A DNA stretch of 32,795 bases from Elusimicrobiota bacterium (GTDB lineage: Bacteria; Elusimicrobiota; Elusimicrobia; UBA1565): positions 1-32,795 of the forward strand of contig JBDREN010000012.1 of assembly GCA_043819795.1 (NCBI GenBank), written 5' to 3'. This document shows positions 17,222-25,024 of the stretch, one piece after another (position 1 is the first letter of the stretch; each line of letters begins with the position of its first letter). Made by a program: the position numbers and the translations under genes. Under the pieces are notes generated by a model. That model was not told the DNA's origin and did no database searches. It saw only the letters and a program-made list of their open reading frames with translations.

Positions 17222-17803
17222 GTGAAGAAAGAGGACCTCCAGCGCTGGTTCTCGTTCCTGGAGGGGGAGTTATACGTCGTCCGCAACGCGCTCCGCGAGA
17301 GGGGGGGCAAGTTCTTCATGCGCCCGTTCCTCGTCGGGGGGCTGGGAATCTTCGCCGCCTATTGGTACGTCTATCTGCCGCCGGCGGGCCGCCTGGTGGA
17401 GATCGAGGAGGAGCTGTCGGCCGCCGAGGTGAGCTCGCAGTACGCCGGGGATTACAAGAGCCTCAAGGCCCGGCTCGACGGCCTCTACGAGCGCCTGCCG
17501 CGCACGAGGAACCCGGAAACGTGGCTGCTCACGGCCGTGCGGCGCACCCTCAGACAGGAAGGGATCGTCCCGCTCTCGACGTCGGCGCCGGCCGAGACCG
17601 TCCGGGAAAACTACCGCTTCATCTCGATCAGCGTCCGCTGCCAGGCCAGCTATCCGCAGATCGCCTCATGGATATCGCGGTTGGAGCGCGGCCAGGAGCT
17701 GCTTTTCATCAAGAGCCTGACCCTGGACAAGGACGCGAAGCCGATCGGGAGCAATACGGCCAACGTGACGATCACGACCGTGGTCCCCAGGGAGGGGCCG
17801 TGA
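17222..17803 (+). CDS. pilO: PilO/GspM-like protein
   Basis: N-terminal TM, coiled coil, RLP, YRFISISVRCQASYPQIASWISRLE..LFIKSLTL. Confidence 0.75.
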   Translation: MKKEDLQRWFSFLEGELYVVRNALRERGGKFFMRPFLVGGLGIFAAYWYVYLPPAGRLVEIEEELSAAEVSSQYAGDYKSLKARLDGLYERLPRTRNPETWLLTAVRRTLRQEGIVPLSTSAPAETVRENYRFISISVRCQASYPQIASWISRLERGQELLFIKSLTLDKDAKPIGSNTANVTITTVVPREGP

Positions 17804-17816
17804 CGAGGATCCCGCT

Positions 17817-18620
17817 GTGAAGACGAGGTCCCTGCTCGGCTGGGTGATCCTACTGGGCGCTTTGGCGGTGCCGGCCGTGTTCTTCTGGTCGTGGTGGACC
17901 AAGATGCAGACGGAGACGACCTTCGAGGTCAAGCAGCGGGTCCCGGAGGGCAGCGCCTTCGGAGACGTGCGCACCATGCCGGCCGAGGGGGTTCCGGGCT
18001 CGGAAGAGCCCGGGCAAGGAGCGCCGCCCGCCGACGGCGGGGAGGAGGATGCCGCGGACGACGCCATGGAGCCCGGAGACGAGGCGCCCGAGCCGGAAGA
18101 GGATGCGGCCGGCGCGACGCCGGACGCCGGAGCGGCGGCGCCCCCTTCGGGGACGCCGGAGGCCGGCCAGGGGGCGGAAGCTCCTGGAGAGCCGCCCGCC
18201 ACGGCCGTTCCGGTCCCGGCCGACGACGCGGGAGGGAGGGACGCCTCGATGGATGAGTCCCGGGAGCGCATCGAGTACAGTCCCAAGACGACCCGCGACC
18301 CGACCCTCTCTCTGGCCGACCTCCGGGAGCTCGCCAAGATGCGTCTGGCGAAGATGAAGGCGCGCGCGGAGGTCCAGAAGGCGCTCCAGCCCAAACCGAA
18401 GAAAGAGAAGAAGGTGATAGTGAGGCAGAGGTCGATCTGCGAGCGCATCGAGCTCCAGGGCATCGTCGCCACGCCGAACGGTATCGCGGCGCTCGTCAAC
18501 GACAACGTCATGAAGGAGGGGGACGAGATCCTTGGCGCCGTGATCAAGCGGATCACGACGCGTACGGTGGTTTTTGGTCAGGGCCGACGTACCCTTTGCG
18601 TGAAGCGGGTTCAAAAGTGA
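17817..18620 (+). CDS. PilP/GspC-like protein with a long acidic Pro/Ala linker
   Basis: N-terminal TM, RDPT motif, IELQGIV..ALVNDNVMKEGDEI..IKRIT beta domain; lies between pilO and the secretin. Confidence 0.65.
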   Translation: MKTRSLLGWVILLGALAVPAVFFWSWWTKMQTETTFEVKQRVPEGSAFGDVRTMPAEGVPGSEEPGQGAPPADGGEEDAADDAMEPGDEAPEPEEDAAGATPDAGAAAPPSGTPEAGQGAEAPGEPPATAVPVPADDAGGRDASMDESRERIEYSPKTTRDPTLSLADLRELAKMRLAKMKARAEVQKALQPKPKKEKKVIVRQRSICERIELQGIVATPNGIAALVNDNVMKEGDEILGAVIKRITTRTVVFGQGRRTLCVKRVQK

Positions 18621-18646
18621 GTGGGAGGTCCACTGGGAGGAGTGCC

Positions 18647-20494
18647 ATGACGACAGCAGACCGGATTCCCCGACTCGGACCCTGCCGGATACGGCCTCGG
18701 CCGCGCGCCTGGGCCGCCGTCTGGGCGTATCTTTGGGCGCTTCAGCTCCTGGCCGGCGCCGCGGCGGGGCCCGCTTGGGCCCAGCGCCGCCGCGCCGAGC
18801 CCGAGGCTAACCCCGAATTCCAGAGGCAGATGGGGCGCCCGGGGGCGGACGGGGGGCCCATCTCGGGAGCCGCCCCGACGAGAGCTCCCGCGCCGCGCCG
18901 GAGGGAGCCCTCACTCCCGAGTTCGACGCGAGACATCCAGATCGGGGCGACCCCCGAGCCTGCGGCCGCTCCGGCGCCGCCGGCCAACCCCCTCGACACC
19001 CGCATCGTCGTTCGCGTGAAGAACGCGCCGCTGGCGACCTTCCTCGACACGATCTCCGCCCAGGCCAAGGTGAACTTCATCATCACCGAGGGACTCGAGG
19101 CGAAGAAGGTCACGGCGTTCCTGCAGAACGTGACGGTGCGCGAAGCCCTCCAGATCCTGCTCGAGATCAAGGGGTTGACGTATCAGCGGATCGGACGCAG
19201 CAACACCTACGTCGTCTCGGCGCGCACGACGAAGGAGGCGAGGCGGATCACGCGCATCTATACGCTCAACTACATCCCGCTCATCTCGATCGGCGGGGGA
19301 GGCCCCTCCGGCGGCCAGGACATGGGCCAAGCCATGCAGTCCATGATGGGAGCGATGGGCGGGCAGCAGGGCGGCCAGCAGGGCGGCCAGGAGGGCGGCC
19401 AGCAGGGCGGCCAGCAGGGCGGCCAGCAGGGCGGCGGCGGTGGCGGAGGCGGCGGAATAGCGATAGTGAACGTGCTGCGGGGAGTCGTCACGAAGAAGTA
19501 CGGAAGCATCGACATCGACGCGCGGACGAACTCCATCATCGTCACGGACATCCCCGAGACGTTCCCCCAGGTCGAGCAGATCCTGGCCGAGCTCGACCGC
19601 AAGGCCCCGCAGGTCATGATCGAGGCCCAAATCGTCGAGATCAACTCCGACCGAGCCAACCAGCTCGGCCTCGAGTGGGGCGGGCCCACGGGGGAGTTGG
19701 CCTCCTTCAGCGGGCCCACGCGCGACACCACGTTCCCGCTCAACCTGCCCCAGAACCTCGGGCACACCCACTTCTTCGACCCGGTGACCAACGTCATCAG
19801 CGGCCTCGGAGAGGGAGGGGGGGGCGGTGGAGCAGCGGCGGACGCCGCGTCGGCGGCCGCGTCGGCGGCGGGGGCGGGGGATACCACGGGGACGACCGGG
19901 AGCGCCGCGGCCTCCTCGCTCTTCGGAAGCGGCCTGCGGTCCGGCGTGCTGGACTTGACCCAGCTTTCGGTGGTGTTGCGGGCGCTGGTCACCCGCGCCG
20001 AGGCGCGCTTTCTGGGCAAGCCCAAGATCATCACGCTCAATAACCAGCCGGCCGTGATCGAGGCCACCCGGGAGGAGGCCGTGGCGGTCAATACGCTGTC
20101 TCAGACCAACGCCGCCGGATCGTCGGCGGGCACGAAGGCCGAGCGCGTGGAGACCGGGCTCACGCTGCGCGTGACGCCGCAGATCAACCGCGAGGGCTAC
20201 ATCACGATGCTCGTGCAGCCCTCGTTCACGAACGTCCAGGCGTCGAGGGTCTCATCGCTCGCGAACCCGGTCTACGACCCGAATACGCGCTCGGCGACGA
20301 CGCTGGTCCGGGTGAAGAACGGGCAGACGCTGGTCCTCGGAGGGCTGCTCGAATCGCGGGAGACGAAATCGGTGCGCAAGGTGCCGTTCTTGGGCTACAT
20401 CCCGCTGATCGGCTGGCTTTTCACGAGCGTGAGCAACCAGCGCACGAACACGGACCTCGTCATCTTCATCACCCCGACGATCGTGAATGACTGA
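18647..20494 (+). CDS. pilQ: Secretin (PilQ/GspD family)
   Basis: SD GGAGGAG; N0/STN-like and N3 domains (DARTNSIIVTD..LDRKAPQVMIEAQIVE); secretin C-domain (PKIITLNNQPA, GLTLRVTPQI, KVPFLGYIPLIGWLF, LVIFITP). Confidence 0.9.
   Translation: MTTADRIPRLGPCRIRPRPRAWAAVWAYLWALQLLAGAAAGPAWAQRRRAEPEANPEFQRQMGRPGADGGPISGAAPTRAPAPRRREPSLPSSTRDIQIGATPEPAAAPAPPANPLDTRIVVRVKNAPLATFLDTISAQAKVNFIITEGLEAKKVTAFLQNVTVREALQILLEIKGLTYQRIGRSNTYVVSARTTKEARRITRIYTLNYIPLISIGGGGPSGGQDMGQAMQSMMGAMGGQQGGQQGGQEGGQQGGQQGGQQGGGGGGGGGIAIVNVLRGVVTKKYGSIDIDARTNSIIVTDIPETFPQVEQILAELDRKAPQVMIEAQIVEINSDRANQLGLEWGGPTGELASFSGPTRDTTFPLNLPQNLGHTHFFDPVTNVISGLGEGGGGGGAAADAASAAASAAGAGDTTGTTGSAAASSLFGSGLRSGVLDLTQLSVVLRALVTRAEARFLGKPKIITLNNQPAVIEATREEAVAVNTLSQTNAAGSSAGTKAERVETGLTLRVTPQINREGYITMLVQPSFTNVQASRVSSLANPVYDPNTRSATTLVRVKNGQTLVLGGLLESRETKSVRKVPFLGYIPLIGWLFTSVSNQRTNTDLVIFITPTIVND
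19358..19429 (+). repeat. 12-bp tandem repeat, 6 copies, encoding GGQQ inside the secretin
   Basis: GGCGGCCAGCAG units (two with single changes), followed by poly-Gly codons. Confidence 0.9.
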
Positions 20495-20714
20495 TGAGCA
20501 GTCCCCCCCCGGGGGACTGCTCATGTAGGGGGTTAGTACGCCACCCTCCCCCACGGGGAGGGTGGCGCATCTCGGAGGGGGCCTGCTCCCCTACTTAAGC
20601 GGCCCCCCGTTGGGGGGCCGCTGACTGCCCCCTCCACTTGCGCACGCCTCCCGCGGGGAGGCGTGCGTACAGGCCCCCACTACATGCACACCCCTCCCCG
20701 TGGGGGAGGGGTGT
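20494..20714. repeat. Array of five GC-rich hairpins (REP/BIME-like)
   Basis: Stems of 11-14 bp with 3-nt loops centred at about 20509, 20553, 20610, 20654 and 20701; the linkers are mutually complementary. Confidence 0.8.
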
Positions 20715-20726
20715 AAAATCGACATC

Positions 20727-20755
20727 TTGACACCCCCGGGGACCGCTGTTAAGCT
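20727..20755 (+). promoter_or_regulatory. Sigma70 promoter for pilin 2
   Basis: TTGACA-N17-TAAGCT with extended TG; SD AAGGAGG before the ATG at 20779. Confidence 0.7.
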
Positions 20756-20778
20756 TAGAGTATCAAAGGAGGCCCCGT

Positions 20779-21300
20779 ATGCCCCAGCCTATTATAGCCC
20801 GACGCGCGGGTTTCACCCTCATCGAGCTGCTTGTCGTGGTGCTGATCATAGGCATCCTCGGCGCCCTCAGCATGACGCATTATGCGAAGACCGTCGAGAC
20901 CTCGAAGGCCGACGACGCGGCCTCCGTGGTCAAGATAATCGGCACCGCGAACCGCATGTTCCAGCTCGACAACGGGAACTACGTCAACAACGGGACCATC
21001 AACAACGTCTGCAATGCGACCGCCTGCAGCGGCTCCTCGTACGACCGATGTCAGCTGGTCGCCTGCAAGTATCTGGCCTCTCAGAAATGGGACGGCCTCC
21101 CCTATTCCTTCGATGCCGGCCAGAACGTGTCCTGCGGGCTCTCTCTTTCCTGCTCGACGGCCAAGCGGATCGCCTGCGCCAAGCGTAGCACGACCCAACC
21201 CGGCGGGACCAACTCGGCGCCCTACAAAAATTGGGGCTATATCTACTGCTCGGACGGCACTATCCAGACCGCCAGCACCGCCCCGGTGCCGCCCACCTGA
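20779..21300 (+). CDS. Type IV pilin 2, Cys-rich
   Basis: G|FTLIELLVVVLIIGILGAL prepilin motif; 8 Cys; Ser/Thr-rich C-terminus. Confidence 0.92.
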   Translation: MPQPIIARRAGFTLIELLVVVLIIGILGALSMTHYAKTVETSKADDAASVVKIIGTANRMFQLDNGNYVNNGTINNVCNATACSGSSYDRCQLVACKYLASQKWDGLPYSFDAGQNVSCGLSLSCSTAKRIACAKRSTTQPGGTNSAPYKNWGYIYCSDGTIQTASTAPVPPT

Positions 21301-21352
21301 TCGCGGGGACCTTCCTCACCGGTCGCCGCCGGGAGCGCGGAGGGTGCTGGGT

Positions 21353-22468
21353 TCAGGCGGCGGGCGCGCGCTTCACGTCGCCGCCGAGCGCGGCCGTCTC
21401 GGCCAGGGCGGGACTCCCGCACACCGCCGCCCCAGGGGCGCCGGCGACGGGGGTCTCGGCCGGGACCGTCCGGCGTCGCCCTTTGAGGTGGGCCGAGTAG
21501 AGAAGGAGCCCGAAAGCCCCCCAGGAGAGCTCGCGGATGTGGCGTACGACGCCGAACGCGAAACCGGCCCGCGCCGGCAGGCCGAGCAGGACGAATATGG
21601 CGGTCTTGCCGGCCTCCTGCGTGCCCACTTTGGCGGGGACCATGAAGAGCACCCCGTCGACGATGTTGGATAGGACCTCGATGGCCAACGCGGTCCCCCA
21701 GGACACGGGGACGTCGAGGAACCGGCAGATCCAGTAGACCTCGAACGCGTTCCAGGCGTAGCCCAGAACGAAGAAAACGACCGACAGGGCGTTGCGTCCG
21801 GGATGGTCCTGGAGGTACAGCCGGAGCTGTTTCGGGACGCCGCGCAGGCTGGCCATGAACGAGCCCGACGGGGCGGCCCCGCCGTTCGACGCGGGCTTAG
21901 GCCCGCCGGGGGAGCCGTTCGAGGAACGGAGCGCGGCGGGCTCCTTGCGACGCTTCTCCCATACGATGAGGCCGGCCAGGGCGAGGGCGGAGATGGTGGC
22001 GAGGACCCGGAGCAGGCCCTGGAAGGGGGCGATGGCGGGGATCATCCCCCCGACGAGCCAGGCGATGCCGAAGAGGACGAAGAGGATCTGCGCGAGCCCC
22101 TGCGTGCACTTCGCGACGACGACGCCCGCCAGGCGGTCGTCGAAGCTCTCCGAGTCGCCCATCAGGGACGCGCGCGCGACCTCGCCGGCGGTCGAGGCGC
22201 TGGGGGTCAGGTAGTTCACGGCGTCGCCCACGATCCTGAACTTGAGCAGCTTTAGGAAAGGGAACGAAGCGACGTGCTGGGGACGCAGGGCGTAGCGCCA
22301 GCCGAGCGCGTTGAACAAGTGCGCGACAATCTCTTGCGAAAGGATGAGGATGAACCCGCAACCGACTTGGAGGACGAGCGTGAGCACCGCTCCCGCGTCC
22401 ATCTTCCAGAAAAGGACGCCGAGGGTGACGAAGCCCGCGACGAGGACGACTCTTTGAAAAACCTTCAT
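21353..22468 (-). CDS. Lysylphosphatidylglycerol-synthase TM domain / flippase-like membrane protein (UPF0104/AglD-like)
   Basis: Multi-TM; GDAVNYLTPS..AGEVAR, VPAKVGTQEAG, VRHIREL motifs. Confidence 0.72.
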   Translation of the reverse strand: MKVFQRVVLVAGFVTLGVLFWKMDAGAVLTLVLQVGCGFILILSQEIVAHLFNALGWRYALRPQHVASFPFLKLLKFRIVGDAVNYLTPSASTAGEVARASLMGDSESFDDRLAGVVVAKCTQGLAQILFVLFGIAWLVGGMIPAIAPFQGLLRVLATISALALAGLIVWEKRRKEPAALRSSNGSPGGPKPASNGGAAPSGSFMASLRGVPKQLRLYLQDHPGRNALSVVFFVLGYAWNAFEVYWICRFLDVPVSWGTALAIEVLSNIVDGVLFMVPAKVGTQEAGKTAIFVLLGLPARAGFAFGVVRHIRELSWGAFGLLLYSAHLKGRRRTVPAETPVAGAPGAAVCGSPALAETAALGGDVKRAPAA

Positions 22469-22553
22469 TCGCCTAGTTTGGCCGATATATCCTACCAAAT
22501 TCCACGTCGGTCCTTATATGGCGGAAATGGGCCGGCTCTGCTACACTAAACAG

Positions 22554-23537
22554 GTGAAGAGCCTTTTTCTGAGGCCGCGTCTTGGGGCTCTCCCTCGGAG
22601 AGCGGCGGGCGCGCTGGCCGCGTCCGCGCTGCTGCTCGGGGCGGTTCGGGGACCGGCCTTGGCGGGCGTCCGGGACTGGAACGAGACCCTCTCGCCTCAT
22701 TTCGTCGTCCTTCACGAGTCCGCGTTCGCCCCTTCGGGCGTCGTGCTCGATCTGGAGAAGCTCCACAACCGGCTGCGCCTCGACCTGTCCATGTTCGCCC
22801 CGTGGATGGCCAAGGAACGGGTCAAGATCTATCTATACAAGACCCGCGAGAGTTATCTCCACGGGAAGTTCCAGCCTCCGAGCTGGTCGACCGGGATCGC
22901 CGTGCAGGAGGAGAAGCTCATCGCGACCTTCGAGTTCCCGTCGCGGGAGGAGTTCCTGGACGTGATCGGTCACGAGCTGACGCATCTGCTCTTCGAGGGC
23001 TATTGGGCCGAGGTGAAAAAGACTCCCCCGGTGTGGCTCAACGAGGGACTCTCGATGATCGAGGAGAGCCCCGACCGCTCCCGGCCGGAGAAATCGAGAT
23101 GGTATCAGGCCATGGCCTTCCTGACAGATAGGACCGTGATCCCTCTCTCCAGGTACGTCCGGATGAATCCCGGCAGGGATCTCGGAAGCAACAAGGACGC
23201 GGTCACGCTGTGGTACGTCCAGGCCTACTCCCTCGTCCATTTTCTCTATCGCCGGCATACGCGCCTGCAGTTCTTCAACTTCTGCGGCCTGCTGCGCGAT
23301 GGGACGCGGCTGGAGCGCGCGCTCTGGAAGGTCTACCGGTATCAGTCGCTCGAGAGGCTGGAGGCGGCCTGGAAGCGGTGGCTGAAGCTCCCGGATGTCC
23401 GGAACAAGTTCCTCCCGCAGGAGCGAGCCCCCGCGATCTCGGCGCGGGCCGAGGCGCCCGATCGCGGGCGAAAGAAGAGCATGAATCGCGTGCGTTTCCG
23501 CACCTTCCACTACCGGAGTTTGATCCCCGATGAGTAG
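22554..23537 (+). CDS. Exported zinc metallopeptidase (peptidase MA-like, gluzincin)
   Basis: Signal peptide, HELTH, PVWLNEGLS, YVQAYSLVHFL; GTG start 6 nt after TGcTACACT (alternative ATG 22518). Confidence 0.75.
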   Translation: MKSLFLRPRLGALPRRAAGALAASALLLGAVRGPALAGVRDWNETLSPHFVVLHESAFAPSGVVLDLEKLHNRLRLDLSMFAPWMAKERVKIYLYKTRESYLHGKFQPPSWSTGIAVQEEKLIATFEFPSREEFLDVIGHELTHLLFEGYWAEVKKTPPVWLNEGLSMIEESPDRSRPEKSRWYQAMAFLTDRTVIPLSRYVRMNPGRDLGSNKDAVTLWYVQAYSLVHFLYRRHTRLQFFNFCGLLRDGTRLERALWKVYRYQSLERLEAAWKRWLKLPDVRNKFLPQERAPAISARAEAPDRGRKKSMNRVRFRTFHYRSLIPDE

Positions 23538-23542
23538 TCCAG

Positions 23543-25024
23543 TCAGCGCCGCGGGCTAGCCCCGCGGCGCTCACTACACCAGCGCAGCAGCGCCTGCAGC
23601 TCCGTATCGCGGGGCGCGTGCGCGAGCGCCTTCTCAAGATAGGGGACGGCCTCCGCCGGCCGTCCGGCTTTGATGCGGATGAAGGCCATGCGTGCCAGGG
23701 CGGCCTCGCGCAGGTGGAGGGGGGAGGACCCGGCCAGGGCGGGGATCGCCAGGCTTTCCGCGCGGTCCAGCATGCTCCAATTGTAGTAATGGGCCGACAG
23801 GTTCAGCCCGGTACAGGGGTCCTCGGGAGCGGTCGCGTGGGCGGCCAGGTCGAGGATGAAGCCGTCGCGCCAGGCCAGTTGCCGCTCCAGGGAGGCCAGG
23901 CCCGCGGCCGCGGCCAGCGTCAAGGCGGCGAGGCATGCTGCGGGGGCGGGGGGGCGCAGCCGCGCGAGTGCCCAGCCCCACAGGAGCCCGACGCCGATGA
24001 GGGGCGCGTAAAGGAATCGGTCCGCCGCCAAGGCGTCCAGGGGTATGATGTTAGAGACCGGCAGCAGGGCCGCCAGGAACCAGGCGCCCGCGAACCCGGC
24101 GGGCGAGCGCCGGCGCAGCCCCAAGGCGGCGGCGGCCGCGGCGGCGGCGAGGATGCCCGACGCCAGCAGCGCCTCCGCCGTCAGCGAAGCGGTCTCCGGG
24201 AAGCTGTAGCAGACGCGCAGCCGCGCCGGCCAGAACGCGATCGCGAGGTCCTGGAGGAGCCCGCGGAGAGCGAGGACGGCGTGCGTCGCCCAGTCGCCCT
24301 CCCAAGGATCGCGCTGGGCTATGCGGCCGAGGACCGCCGTGCGCGCCGCGAGATAGGCGGCGAAGATGCCGGCGTACGGCGCCCAGCGGCGCAGGCGTCC
24401 GCGCCAGGACTCGTCCTGGGGGGCGAAGAGGCGGTCGAAGGCGGGCAGGATCGGCAGAAGAAACGCCGCCGACTCGCGGCAGAGCAGAGCCATCGCGAAC
24501 GAGGCCGCGGACAGGGCTCTCCTGGCGGGCGTCGCTCCGTAGGCGAGCAGAGCGGCGAGGGCCAGGGCCGTGGCCAAGAGCGTCGGGGCGTTGCCGACGT
24601 AGGCGACGCTCTCGGCCTGGGCCGGGTGAAGGGCGAACAGCAGCGCCGCGGCCGCGGCCGGCAACGTCGCTCGGGCGAGGAGACGGCGCGCCAGGAGGAA
24701 CAGGAGGATGGTGTTGGCCGCGTGCAGGAGCAGGGCCGCCAAGTGGTACCAGTAGGGGTTTTCTCCGCCCGCGAGCCGGAGCATCCCGAAATAGAGGCCG
24801 ATGGCGGGACGGTAGACTTGCCGCGCGAGTTCCGGGTAGGCCAGCACGCTTAGGGGGTCGTAGAGGAACCGGAACCAGAGCGCCGGATGCCGCAGTGTCT
24901 CGTTGGCGAGGATGTAGAAACGGTCGTCGAGGAGGAATCCGCCGGAAAGCGTCGGGACGTAAGCGGCGAACGCCACGCTTCCGATGAGGAAGCCGGCGAG
25001 CGGAGGCGACCGCCGAGGCCTCAC
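23543..25024 (-). CDS. TMTC-like GT-C membrane glycosyltransferase with C-terminal TPR
   Basis: GFLLDD..ILAN, YRP, YHLAALLLHAAN, LFALHPAQAESVAYV, ADRFLYAP, TPR tail; GTG overlaps the uvrA TGA. Confidence 0.75.
   Translation of the reverse strand: MRPRRSPPLAGFLIGSVAFAAYVPTLSGGFLLDDRFYILANETLRHPALWFRFLYDPLSVLAYPELARQVYRPAIGLYFGMLRLAGGENPYWYHLAALLLHAANTILLFLLARRLLARATLPAAAAALLFALHPAQAESVAYVGNAPTLLATALALAALLAYGATPARRALSAASFAMALLCRESAAFLLPILPAFDRLFAPQDESWRGRLRRWAPYAGIFAAYLAARTAVLGRIAQRDPWEGDWATHAVLALRGLLQDLAIAFWPARLRVCYSFPETASLTAEALLASGILAAAAAAAALGLRRRSPAGFAGAWFLAALLPVSNIIPLDALAADRFLYAPLIGVGLLWGWALARLRPPAPAACLAALTLAAAAGLASLERQLAWRDGFILDLAAHATAPEDPCTGLNLSAHYYNWSMLDRAESLAIPALAGSSPLHLREAALARMAFIRIKAGRPAEAVPYLEKALAHAPRDTELQALLRWCSERRGASPRR

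Noticed and set aside
20494..20714. CRISPR array or integron attC array
   Set aside because: The hairpin units are not identical repeats, the linkers are related to each other rather than unique spacers, there are no cas genes, and no RYYYAAC/GTTRRRY ends or cassette ORFs are present.
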